Of a stretch of 64,000 nucleotides of DNA, positions 36,081-46,141 are shown piece by piece (within the stretch, counting starts at the first letter, position 1; every line of letters begins with the position of its first letter). The DNA lies in contig JAPMXV010000060.1 in the NCBI GenBank assembly GCA_026936335.1, forward strand, positions 260,435 to 324,434, in the 5' to 3' direction. The stretch comes from Mantamonas sphyraenae STR306 (Eukaryota > Protista > CRuMs). The notes under the pieces are model-generated. The model saw only the letters and a program-made list of their open reading frames with translations, searched no databases and was not told where the DNA came from. A program made the translations under genes and the position numbers.

Positions 36081-36133
36081 GTTGAGAGTGTTTTTCGGTT
36101 GGTTCGGCGCGTGCAGGCGCGGCGCGAAGAGAG

Positions 36134-36877
36134 ATGATTGGTGTGCTTGTGTTGTGCGTGGCATGTACAGTAGCGGGAATGCAGATGGTGGATGGGGGCG
36201 AATGGTGCGGAGAGCATCAAGTGCGTGCAGTGAAGCGCGTGGAACCTGCAGAAGTCGTCCTGTCGCACGAGATGGGCCATCGAGTGCGCGTGCGCGTGGT
36301 GTGCCGGCTGGAAGCAGCTGCAGCCGTGAAGTTGACAGTGGAGGATTGGGTGGATGAGACACAGGTGCGTGTGCTTGGCGGAGAACAGGGCGAGGCGACG
36401 GCGTACCGTCCGCAGGTGCGTGTGGAGGGACTCGTGGACCGGGAGTGGTCGTACTGGGCGAGTGTGCGTGTTCCAAGGCTTTCTCCCGTGCGTAGTGAGG
36501 CGAACGTGAGTGTGGGTGGGCTGCGTGTGGGCGAATGTGAGTCTGCAACGGCGCACGTGCGCTTTGTGCTGCCGTTGGTGGAAGCCAGGCCGCTGGAGGC
36601 ATTGGGCATGGCATTGGTACCGCTTCTTTTGTTCTCGCTTGTTCTGCCGCCGATTCTGGCTCGTCTGGAGGGGCGAGTGAGTGCGTTCCAGGAGTTTGTC
36701 GTGGATCGGCAGCAAAAGGCGAGCGCACGGAAGCAGCGCGGACCGAAAGCGACGTCGCAAGGGACTGAAGATGAAGAAGGAAAGGTGGTGGTGGGTGGAC
36801 CGAAACGGTTCGTGGCGCGGAAGAACCGGAAGACGGTACGCGCAGACACGGTCAAAGTGAACTCGCTCGATTTCTGA
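36134..36877 (+). CDS. Hypothetical type I membrane protein (signal peptide, beta-rich ectodomain, one TM)
   Basis: 247-aa ATG ORF filling the gap between genes, with an N-terminal hydrophobic signal and TM ALGMALVPLLLFSLVLPPIL. Confidence 0.55.
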   Translation: MIGVLVLCVACTVAGMQMVDGGEWCGEHQVRAVKRVEPAEVVLSHEMGHRVRVRVVCRLEAAAAVKLTVEDWVDETQVRVLGGEQGEATAYRPQVRVEGLVDREWSYWASVRVPRLSPVRSEANVSVGGLRVGECESATAHVRFVLPLVEARPLEALGMALVPLLLFSLVLPPILARLEGRVSAFQEFVVDRQQKASARKQRGPKATSQGTEDEEGKVVVGGPKRFVARKNRKTVRADTVKVNSLDF

Positions 36878-36885
36878 GGGGGGTG

Positions 36886-38174
36886 ATGTTTGCGCGCAAG
36901 AGGATTGCAGCAATGTACAGTAAACATGGTGACGGAAGAAAGGTTGTGGAGATTGTCGAAGAGGGAGCAGGACGTGCGTTGGAGAGTGGGGAGGTGCGTG
37001 TGGCTATGCTCGCTGCACCGATCAACCCTGCAGACATCAACATGGTGGAGGGTGTGTACGGAAAGCTTGCTCGTCTTCCTGCTGTCGGAGGAAACGAGGG
37101 GGTGGGGCGAGTGGTGGAGGTGGGGCCGCAAGTGACGACGCTGGAGGAAGGGGACTGGGTTTTGCCAGGACTAGCCAACATGGGTGAGTGTACAGAGGCC
37201 GGTGTGTGGGTAGAGCAGAGAGGAGCGAGTGAGATGTTACTCACACGGATTGTTGATGTGAAGGGACATGGAGGAGCGTGCTCGAGGCGCGAGAAGAAAA
37301 CTTGCTGCGGATTCGCAACGATTTGCCCGTGGAACAGGCAGCGACGATGGCTGTGAATCCGTGCACGGCACTCCGCATGCTGCGAGACTTTGTGCCAGTG
37401 CGAGACGGGGATGTGGTGGTACAGAACGCAGCCAATTCGGCGGTGGGGATGGCGGTGATCCAGATTGCGGCGTACGTGTTGCAGAGTGTGTGAGAAAGGC
37501 GTGACAGGTCTGTGTGTTGGAGAGGGCGTGTGCTGACACCCTGTTTGTGTGTGGTGGACAGCTCGATGGGAGTTCGCACGGTCAATTGCATGCGGTACCC
37601 TGGCGAAGAAAAAGCAGAGGAAGTGCGTGCGAAGCTGCATGCACGAGGCGCAGACGTGGTGCACTTTGAAGGACACGACGATTGGAAGGCATTGAAGGAG
37701 CAGGTTCGGGCAATGGGAGATGTGCAGCTTGCGTTTAACGCTGTAGGAGGCAAGAGCGCGTCAGACGTAGTTCGACTGCTCAGGTACGTAGCATGAATGA
37801 GGTGGGATCAAGGGACATGAACCACGATACTGACGCTTTGTGTGTGTGTGGGTGGGGGGGGGGGGGGTCACAGTCAAGGCGGGACGGTGGTGACGTACGG
37901 GGGCATGTCCAAGAAACCGCTGTCGCTGGCAACGGGGTCGCTGATCTTTGACGATTTGCAGGCAAAGGGCTACTGGATGACGCGGTGGAACGAGACGCAC
38001 AGCAGGGAAGAGCGGGAGGCAATGTTGCGGGAGGTGACGGGTCTGATCGCGGACGGAGACCTGGTGACGGAAACACGGTCGTGGGCGCTGCAAAACGTAC
38101 AAGAGGCGATTGGACTGGCGTACGAAGGGCGTCGCGGATACAAGGTTGTTCTGAGGATGGATGGGGAGGATTGA
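36886..38174 (+). CDS. MECR: Mitochondrial enoyl-[ACP] reductase / trans-2-enoyl-CoA reductase (4 exons)
   Basis: MLAAPINPADINMVEGVY, VGGNEGVG, VNPCTALRML, QNAANSAVG, LAFNAVGGKSA and VTYGGMS. Confidence 0.93.
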
Positions 38175-38218
38175 AAGGGACGGAGAGGCGGAGCGAACTG
38201 AACTGAAAACGGTTTCTT

Positions 38219-38668
38219 TCAGTGAGCCACATCGATCTCCCTTAGCTCATAGAAGTAGCTGGAGAGCTCGCTGGCAAGCATCATAAAGAGAGTCATGGGG
38301 AGAAAGGTGATCCAGTAGACCCAGTTTGTGGGGAAGGCGAGACTGACGATGCAGGAGACGGCAAAGTGGACGATGGCGATGGTTGCGGCGTAGTCCCAGC
38401 ACATGGAGGAGGAGCGGACGACAATAAAGATAAGGAGAGTAGTGAGGATGTAGGAGACAATGAGGGTGAGGAAGGCGGCGAGGGCGGCAGGAGAGTCGAC
38501 GCCAAAGGTCTGGAACTGAAAGGGAAGCGTTGGCAAGGAGTCGAGGGGACTGCCTGCGGCGGCAAGGACGACGAGGGCAGTGAGGTAGAGGAGAGCAAAG
38601 AAGGCTGGGAAGAGAAGAGCGAGTTTGCGCAGGATGACGCGCGTTTCACGGTCACTGCGCTTGGACAT
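38219..38668 (-). CDS. SYS1-family small membrane protein (TMEM244-like)
   Basis: Four TM helices with motifs CWDYAATIAIVH, FPTNWVYW and C-terminal ELREI. Confidence 0.75.
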   Translation of the reverse strand: MSKRSDRETRVILRKLALLFPAFFALLYLTALVVLAAAGSPLDSLPTLPFQFQTFGVDSPAALAAFLTLIVSYILTTLLIFIVVRSSSMCWDYAATIAIVHFAVSCIVSLAFPTNWVYWITFLPMTLFMMLASELSSYFYELREIDVAH

Positions 38669-38729
38669 GAGAGGAGAGGGCCGGTTGAGATTGGGTTTGG
38701 CGCGCTTGGGCGGCAACGGCAATTTTCAA

Positions 38730-39671
38730 ATGGAACGGGCAGCGATAGCGGTGGCGAGCATTGTGACGCCACCGCGAGAGGAGGAGACGGGAAGCAGGGG
38801 AAACGTGGATGGGGAGGCCAGCGCGGGCAGCGAGCAACGGGAACGGTTGAGGCGAGCGCTGTTGTGGCTGCTGCGGATTTTGAGGGAAGCGTGCAAGCGA
38901 GCGTGGAGCGCGCTGGCACACAGTATGGCACATTATATTGGACCCAGCAGGCATGGGTGTGTAGATCTAGGCTGGTTGCGTCTGGAGGCGGCCGTGGAAA
39001 CGCGGCAAGGATGGACCATGCGGTTCGCGGTGCAACTGCTGGGTGTGCGATGGAGCTGGCTTAGCAAGGTGGAGGCGGTGGGGGCAGGAAGGCGACCAAA
39101 TGTGGGCCAGAGGCCGAACAAGGAAGAGGCGAGGCAGCAGGCAGCATTGCCCGCCGTGGATGCACCGTTCTTGTCGCCTGCGCCGACGCCGCCGCCTCCG
39201 ATGCCAAAGCAGCTGGCAAGGCCGCGGACGACCGGGCACGAGAAGAACAACCATGACCATGAGAAGGAGAACCAAGGGAGCACGGCATACGCGGGACAGC
39301 AAGGGTCGCAACGTGCGTTGGTGTTTGCAGAGAGCGAAATGAGCGCGTTGCAGAAGGATCTGCAGAAGAAGCTGGGCTCGATGCGCAAAGGGATCAACGA
39401 CGACGAACGAGCAAAGGGCCTGGATATGTCGTGGTCTTCAGTGGACAGTGGTTCGGGCGACGCTTCCAGCGGGGTGTTGTCGCAGTCGATGATGGAGTTG
39501 GGTGGGACAAGCGACACGGCGTCCAAGCGCAAACGCGCAACTCAACGCGGGACGCGAAAACCATTGTCGCCACGGGTTGCGTTGTGGACACCGCAGAACG
39601 AAGTGGTGTTGGGAGGCATGCGCAGGGAGTTTGGTAAGGCGCTGAGCAGACGTGGAGGGAATGCAATGTAA
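38730..39671 (+). CDS. Hypothetical protein
   Basis: Open frame filling the gap between two minus-strand genes. No recognised domain, start uncertain. Confidence 0.4.
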   Translation: MERAAIAVASIVTPPREEETGSRGNVDGEASAGSEQRERLRRALLWLLRILREACKRAWSALAHSMAHYIGPSRHGCVDLGWLRLEAAVETRQGWTMRFAVQLLGVRWSWLSKVEAVGAGRRPNVGQRPNKEEARQQAALPAVDAPFLSPAPTPPPPMPKQLARPRTTGHEKNNHDHEKENQGSTAYAGQQGSQRALVFAESEMSALQKDLQKKLGSMRKGINDDERAKGLDMSWSSVDSGSGDASSGVLSQSMMELGGTSDTASKRKRATQRGTRKPLSPRVALWTPQNEVVLGGMRREFGKALSRRGGNAM

Positions 39672-39677
39672 ACGTTT

Positions 39678-41677
39678 TCATGTGGATTTGGCAGGGATGT
39701 CGACAGCGGCCGAGTCGTGGACGAGGACCTCGTGGACGGTGGGGGAGTTGCCAAGGGTGTACAGAATGTAGAGGTTCTTGTCCTGATCTGTGGGCTCTGG
39801 GTCAAAGGAGCCGAGAAGAGCCTTGAAGGAGGCATCGGTGAGGTGGAGGGTGCCATTGCTGACGTGGAACTGGACGCAGATGGTGATGTCAATGACAAAG
39901 GGTCGCTCAGGGTCGTCGTCGTCGGCAGCAAGGAGCGGATCGATATCTGGTTGAGCGTCTGCGTCGTCGGCGTCTTGCTGCTGCTGACGCAGGGCGAGGG
40001 AGCGGTTGCGGAAGATGTGCTTGGTGGCCTTGTTGAGGCGACGTGTGCTACCGTACCAGGCGCCGAGGATGAGGAGGCCATTGTCTCGGGATCTCTCGGC
40101 GTCGATGATGTGGAGGACTTGCGCATGCATGATGCGTCTGTCTTGCATGGCCTTGTCTCTTCGTTCCTGGTATTCTTCTTGATACTGTTGCTTGAGGCCA
40201 CGGTCGCGGCGGTCTTGCTGGTCGCGGCGTTCGGGCCCAACGAGCCACCACTCGAGGAGGGTCATGATCACAGTCCAGCCTGTGGCGGCACTGACGACGC
40301 TCCAGGGTTCGGCCTGGCCAAAGAGGGTGATGGGCATCGTGAAGCGCTGGCTGTGTCTGCCTGCGCTGAGCTCAAGGACGACGCCCGACGCGCCAAAGGA
40401 GAGGGCACAACTGAGCTCGTATTCGTAAAATAAGGTGGTGCTGAGCTTTGCGATAATGTTTGCGCCGGATGGGGCGAGTTTGAGAGAGGCGGTTGCCTTT
40501 TCCGAGTCTGTGAGGCGATGGCTGACGTCGAGGGTGACGTGGTTCTTGTGGCCGAGTCGAGTCTCGACAAAGTACGGGTAGGCGGCCTCGTAATTGAAGC
40601 AGCCGAGTCCGACTCCGTAGTTGTGGCCGACGGCAAGGGATGTAAAGCCGTTGAGGGTGTCTGTGAGATTGCGCTGGTAGAGAACCTGGTAGGTGGCGCC
40701 CTGACCGTGTTGATACTCTGTGGTGAGCTGGTAGGAGCTGACGTTTGTGAAGCGCTGCCAGCAGCGGAGGACGAGGCCGGGCTTTTCGGCGGCCAGTAAA
40801 GTCAAGCTGAGTCCAGCCACGGTCGTGTGTGATCCTCCTGCCGAGGGTGATGTGTGCAGCACCTTGGCCTCTGTGTGTGTAGAGAGCGCCGCCTACGGTG
40901 TACTGCTCTGTTTCTGTGGAGTGTGCCTGTGGGCGAGGTCAGGTTGAGTGTGGGCAAGGAGAGGGGGCGGGGCGGGGAAGGGAATGATTGAGGTGGGGAA
41001 ACGCACGTTGAAGCGATACTGCATGTACATGGACTGGATATCGGGGGTTCGTGGGACATGTGGGTCGTAGCGAAGGAGAGAATGCTCGGCGTTGAGTTCG
41101 ACGACAGTGTTTGTCTGCATGCTGAGAGCGCTGGCCACCTCGCGCTGCTTCTGATAGCGCTCTAGACGGTGAAAGATGGTGCGCATCTGTTGAGGGCCCG
41201 GGGGGTGGGGGGTGGGCAGAATAGGGAGGGTGAGGGGTGAGGACGGGCGAGGGGGTTGGGAAAGGAGGGTGGTGGACGGGCATACCTCTTCGGGGGAGCG
41301 AGAGCCGATGTCCTGGACGTTAGCCCAGCCCTTGGAGAGACCCTCTTTGCCAAAGAGATCGTAAAGGGCTCTGTCGCGTGGGTTGGAGAGGGTGTTTGTG
41401 GCCTGGTTGATCTCCTGGAAGCGGGCCTGCGCGTATGTGCTGAGGCCGTGCTTGTTGGCCTTGTCTGGGTGGAAATTGCGAGACAAGCGCTTGAAGCTGG
41501 AGTGGATCTCGTCATCTGTGGCCTGGGGGATGCGTGTGTGGTTGCGGGTGCGGGTTAGGAACATGCGACGAAGCGGTCGAGGGAGTGGGCGTGGGCAGGC
41601 AGCCGTACCGAAGCGTCGACATTGAGGAGACTGTAATAGTCGCGGTCACGGTCGGAGGCGCCGCTGGTGGGGTCCAT
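39678..41677 (-). CDS. DNAJC11: DnaJ homolog subfamily C member 11 (multi-exon)
   Basis: J domain (DYYSLLNV, FHPDK, RALYDLFGKEGL) plus C-terminal GLLILGAWYG, IDITICVQFHV, GSFDP and KNLYILY. Confidence 0.9.
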
Positions 41678-41741
41678 GTAGTGGGAGCGGGAATTGCGGT
41701 GGAGTGGGCAGGGGAACTCGGACAGACTCTTTCCGGCGCGC

Positions 41742-42249
41742 ATGTCCTTCTACGACGAGGTGGAAATCGAGGATTTCACGTGGAACGAGGAGAAGCGCAC
41801 GTTTTACTACCCTTGCCCTTGCGGGGATTTGTTCTTCATCACCGAGGTGGGCTGTGAGGCGGGCGGGAGTCCGGGCGAGACTTGCGGGGACTTTGCTGAC
41901 ACGGCTGGTGGATGCAGGATGATCTTGTGGAGGGGGAGGACATTGCACATTGCCCGTCATGCAGTTTATTATTGAAAGTGATCTATGATATTGTGAGTGG
42001 CCGAAGAAGGGTGGTGCGGAACCGGCAGCCATGCACGGTCCGTGGGACTCGGGATGCTGACACGGAAGGATGTGGAAACAGGAGGATTTCGAGTTTGAGG
42101 AGGAAGATGAAGAGGAGGGGGAGGAAGGGGAGGAAGGGGAGGTGGAAGGAGAGGAGAAGGAGGAGGATGTGAATGAGAAGAAGGGGGAGGAAGAGGAGGA
42201 AGAGGAGAAGGAGGAGAAGGAGGAGGAGTTGGTGGTAGTGGAGGAATGA
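41742..42249 (+). CDS. DPH3: Diphthamide biosynthesis protein 3 (Dph3/Kti11 CSL zinc finger) with long acidic tail, 3 exons
   Basis: MSFYDEVEIEDF...YYPCPCGDLFFIT | DDLVEGEDIAHCPSCSLLLKVIYD | EDFEFEEE... Confidence 0.93.
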
Positions 42250-42339
42250 GAAGGGGGGGGGGTGAGGAGGGGGGAGGGAGAGGGGAAGGGGGTGGAGAGA
42301 GGGGTGGGAGAGGGGGTTTGGGGGGCGGCGCAAGAGCCA

Positions 42340-43986
42340 ATGGAAGTGATGTCGATTGAAGGAGAGAGTGGAGGCATGGAGAAGGCAGGGGTTGCTTCAA
42401 GGAACAGAGAAGGAAGAGAAGGAGGAGTCATGGGATGGGGCAGTCGGCGATGGGTGGTGCGGACAGAGGATGCAAAGGCAACGTTGAAGCAGAAGCGTGG
42501 TGGTGTAGAGGAAGGGGAGGAGGAGGAGAAAGGGGCACTGGCAGGGGCAGGGGCGGAGGAGAAGGACGTGAGTGCAGCACACGTGGGGTCGTTGGGCAGG
42601 CAACAATGGAAACGGGCGTTGGATGCAGTGCGCAAGATCCAGGCGAAAAGCAGGGAGAGCGAAGAAGGGAACGGGGAGAAGCACGAGGGTCGGGCTGGGC
42701 AGGAAGGGGTCAGGAGGAGGATACAGACGCCATCGCTATCGAATTTGGAGGCAAGCACGGCGCGGAGGCTGATGGCGGATCATGGGCAGCAGCAGAACCA
42801 GGGGGCCGGAGCTCGGTTCCGGCAGGTTGTGCAGGAGGCGCTGGCGGCGAAGGAGAAGGAGCTGGCAGAGAAGGAGGCAATGGAAAAGAGCTCGGGCCAC
42901 AGATTGTCGCAGTGGCATGATGCGTGGAAGGAGGAGCAACGGAAGGCAGAAAACGAGACGTTGAGCAAGATGGCGTTGGAGGCGGACGCGTTGCTGGCCA
43001 ACAGCGTGGCGTCGATGGGTCTGACGAGCGAACGGAAGAGGCAGGGGCGTAGAGAAGAGCGTGTGCGGCGCACTGTGTACTTTAACGTAGATGGAGGGTC
43101 GCCGTTGTCGCCAGCGGGGGGTGGGTACGAAGACGAGGCGTTGAGCGAAGTGGAGGTGCGGGGACGGTTGCAGGAGATCCACAGTCGGCTGCTGGGCACA
43201 CTGGAGAGCAGGCTGGCCGTGAACCAATCGCCGGTGGTGACGGAGTACAAATTCCATGGGGCGCCTGTGTATTTCGGCTGCTCGACGCTGAACGCGACGC
43301 TGGACGAGAGCGGGATGCAGAGCGCACACACGGGCATGGAGGAAAAGAAGAAACAGGCGATGGGAGGGACGAGGAGACATCGGATTGTGCGGCGGAAAAA
43401 GGCCAAGCGGAAGCTGGCAAAGAAGCGAGGAGGAGTGGTTGGAGGCGAGGACGAGGATGGGTCGTCCGTGATTGCAGACCTGACGCAAGCGACGTCCGGA
43501 TCGGGATCAAGTGGAGAAGGGTGGGAGGATGAGGATGAGGATGAGGAGGAGGAGGATGAGGAGGAGGAAGAGGAGGGTAAGAGGGAAGCACGTACTGCAT
43601 TAACACCACGTGTGGTGCGGAGGAAGCCAGAAGCTCGGGGTATGCGGTGGAAGGAAAAAGAGGGAATGGGTGGATTGGGGAGGAGCAGGGTGCAAGGGCG
43701 TGTGGTGGCGGCCAAAGCGTTTGAGGCGGGTCTTCCTGAGAACAGGTCGTGGCAGAAGCGGGGCGCGGAGGAGCAAGAGGAGCTTGTGGCGCAGCTGATT
43801 GTGCTGAAGCGGATTGACGAGGCGAGAGAGCGTCTGGACGAGGAGAGCGTGCGTCGCAGGCGGCGTGTGTTGGAAGCGGACGGGGAACTGCATCGAGTCG
43901 GGGTGGAGATGAATCCGTGGCATCGACTACACCGGCAAGAGAACAGGCGCAGGAGGATTGTGTATGGAAAGGGAGGGAGTGGGTGA
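42340..43986 (+). CDS. Hypothetical charged/low-complexity protein
   Basis: ~550-aa ORF with coiled-coil, basic and acidic tracts. No recognised domain. Confidence 0.55.
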   Translation: MEVMSIEGESGGMEKAGVASRNREGREGGVMGWGSRRWVVRTEDAKATLKQKRGGVEEGEEEEKGALAGAGAEEKDVSAAHVGSLGRQQWKRALDAVRKIQAKSRESEEGNGEKHEGRAGQEGVRRRIQTPSLSNLEASTARRLMADHGQQQNQGAGARFRQVVQEALAAKEKELAEKEAMEKSSGHRLSQWHDAWKEEQRKAENETLSKMALEADALLANSVASMGLTSERKRQGRREERVRRTVYFNVDGGSPLSPAGGGYEDEALSEVEVRGRLQEIHSRLLGTLESRLAVNQSPVVTEYKFHGAPVYFGCSTLNATLDESGMQSAHTGMEEKKKQAMGGTRRHRIVRRKKAKRKLAKKRGGVVGGEDEDGSSVIADLTQATSGSGSSGEGWEDEDEDEEEEDEEEEEEGKREARTALTPRVVRRKPEARGMRWKEKEGMGGLGRSRVQGRVVAAKAFEAGLPENRSWQKRGAEEQEELVAQLIVLKRIDEARERLDEESVRRRRRVLEADGELHRVGVEMNPWHRLHRQENRRRRIVYGKGGSG

Positions 43987-44019
43987 GGCGTGCGTCGACG
44001 AATGCAAGGGAAATTTTGA

Positions 44020-45279
44020 ATGTCAGAACGGGAGCCAGCAGAAGAGAGCGACGCAGCGGTAGATGACGGACGGTATGTGGCGCCAAAGGAAGGGGAGCTG
44101 GGAGCACAGGTGCACCACTTGGTGCATCCGGGAAGCGGAAACGATGTGTGGGTTGTGGGCACGGCGCACATTAGTGCAGAGAGCATTGCTGACGTGGAGC
44201 GGACGATGAGACGTGTCCGTCCGCACGTGGTGGTGATTGAGCTGGACAAAACACGGATGGGCTTGGTGCGTTCGAACATGACACGTGAGAGCGTAAAGGC
44301 AACGCTGGAGAAACCGACGCTGGAGACGCTGATGGAGACGTGGAAGACGGAAGCTGGGGTGATGGCGGTTCTCAAGGTGTTTATGAATCGGCTGGTGCTG
44401 ACGATGATCCAGGCACTGGACGTAGACCCTGCACTGTATGGAGGGGAGTTTAAGGCGGCGGTGCGGGAAGCAACGGCGAGTGGGGCAGTGGTGCTGCTTG
44501 GGGACAGGCCGATACAGATTACGCTGAAGCGTGTTTGGGGCTCGTTGAAGTTGACGGAGAAGCTGTGGTGTCTGTGGATGTTGTTTCAGAACCTCGGGTC
44601 GCTGACAGAGGATCTGACGGAAGAGGACTTGGAGCTGTTGAAGGAGAAGGACGTGCTGGAGTATGCGGTGGAGCAGATTCGCAGCGAACTCCCAAACGTA
44701 TACCAGACACTTGTGCACGAGCGGGACCAGTACCTAACGGGAAGCATACTGTCTGTGTCGGAAGGGGCGCTGCGGACGACGACGGGTGCGGCCAAATTGG
44801 AGAAGAAGAAGAAGAAGGAGGAGGAGGAGAAGGAAGAGGAGGGTGGGGTTGTGGGCAAGCGGAGGGGCTCGTTGGTGGACAGGGCCCCTGCAGGGTCGCG
44901 GATGGTGCGGCAGGGGTCGCTGAAGACGCTGGAGAAGTGGGCACAGCGCAAGGCACGGGGAAGCGTGGGGGAAAGCGGAAGCAGCAGTGGCGGGGGAGAG
45001 TCGAGCTCAGAGGACGGGAAGGGAGAAGAAGAGAGCAAGGGCGACAAAGGGGATGATGAGGAGAAAGAGATGAAGTTGAGGGTAGTGGCTGTGGTGGGTG
45101 CGGCGCATGTGCCTGGGATCATGCGGTTGTGGAAGACGGGTGTGGAGACAGATCGAGAGAGCTTGCTGAAGGTGCCTGAGAGCATGAGCGTGCGGCAGGT
45201 GGTGTTGCTGGTGCTGATTGTGGCCATGCTTGTGTGCGGTGTGTGTATGTGGCTGGTGTGGCGATGGTGGAGCGGGTGA
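44020..45279 (+). CDS. TRABD: TraB domain-containing protein with C-terminal TM
   Basis: VWVVGTAHIS, VVIELDKTR, GGEFKAA, LGDRPIQITLKR, LVHERDQYL and VVAVVGAAHVPGI. Confidence 0.9.
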   Translation: MSEREPAEESDAAVDDGRYVAPKEGELGAQVHHLVHPGSGNDVWVVGTAHISAESIADVERTMRRVRPHVVVIELDKTRMGLVRSNMTRESVKATLEKPTLETLMETWKTEAGVMAVLKVFMNRLVLTMIQALDVDPALYGGEFKAAVREATASGAVVLLGDRPIQITLKRVWGSLKLTEKLWCLWMLFQNLGSLTEDLTEEDLELLKEKDVLEYAVEQIRSELPNVYQTLVHERDQYLTGSILSVSEGALRTTTGAAKLEKKKKKEEEEKEEEGGVVGKRRGSLVDRAPAGSRMVRQGSLKTLEKWAQRKARGSVGESGSSSGGGESSSEDGKGEEESKGDKGDDEEKEMKLRVVAVVGAAHVPGIMRLWKTGVETDRESLLKVPESMSVRQVVLLVLIVAMLVCGVCMWLVWRWWSG

Positions 45280-45324
45280 GGCGAGGCGCCCGGGCACAGC
45301 CACGAAAACCAACAAACACAAATC

Positions 45325-45585
45325 ATGTCCAGCGGAGGATACGACCCCGAACACGAAGTGGAGCTGCTGAAGGAGGAAATCAAGCGCCTGGGTGAGGAGC
45401 AGAGCGACGGGACATGGACGGTGACGTTTGGGACGCTGTTTGACGACGACAAGATTGCGAACCTGTTTGAGGCGCTTGTGGGCACGCTGAAGGCGGCCAA
45501 GAAGCGAGGAGTGATCTCGTACAAGTCGGAACTGCTGCTGCAGGGCATGAGCGACAACGAGGTGATCACACTGAACGCAGAGTAA
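45325..45585 (+). CDS. ABRACL: Costars family protein
   Basis: HEVELLKEEIKRLG...VTFGTLFDDD...FEALVGTLKAAKKRGVI...ELLLQG. Confidence 0.95.
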   Translation: MSSGGYDPEHEVELLKEEIKRLGEEQSDGTWTVTFGTLFDDDKIANLFEALVGTLKAAKKRGVISYKSELLLQGMSDNEVITLNAE

Positions 45586-45819
45586 TTGTGTGGGAGGAGT
45601 GTGGGGGGTTCAAAGGCGAAGGAGCCAGAAAAACCCTCTCGGTTGCCCGTTGTTCGTCCGCGGGATGGCAGAGAGTGGGGCAATGGAAAAATGCATTTCA
45701 CAAGTTACACAGCTGAGCGTATGTGCGCGTTTTTGTGCGTATTTGTAAGCCTGTGTGTGTGTGTGTGGGTGTGGGTGTGCGGCGCACGGGAGGCGGAGCT
45801 GGGGCCCGAAAACCAAGTT

Positions 45820-45829
45820 GGTCGCAAGT
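45820..45829 (+). promoter_or_regulatory. Candidate proximal sequence element (PSE/USE) of U1: GGTCGCAAGT
   Basis: Same 10-mer at the same distance as upstream of U3. Confidence 0.65.
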
Positions 45830-45886
45830 CGTCGACGAGCCGTGCGAAGCGGCGTGGGTTGGGACGGCGGGTGTTTCCGTCAATTC

Positions 45887-46049
45887 TAACTTACCTTATG
45901 CGACGTGCCGACGCTCACGAATGCCGGCGCGTAGGGTGGGAGCCACCAGCATTGCACGATTGCGCGTGGCCCCGCTTCCTCGGCACCTAGTGTCGGGGCG
46001 CATACAATTTCTTCTCGAGGCAACAATGCGCTAGTCGCACGGTTGCCAT
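45887..46049 (+). ncRNA. U1: U1 spliceosomal snRNA
   Basis: 5' splice-site recognition sequence AACTTACCT (45888-45896), helix H TATGCG/CGCATA (45897-45902/45999-46004), loop I GCTCACGAA, U1A loop ATTGCAC (45951-45957), Sm-like AATTTCTT, and stem IV GGCAAC/GTTGCC. Length ~163 nt. Confidence 0.93.
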
Positions 46050-46141
46050 TCTTTCTTTTTGGTTGTTCCACACGGGAGCCCCTGACCCCCGCCCCCGCTT
46101 GCACACCTGCGTCTCGTCGTTCGACGCGCCACGAGAATGGG

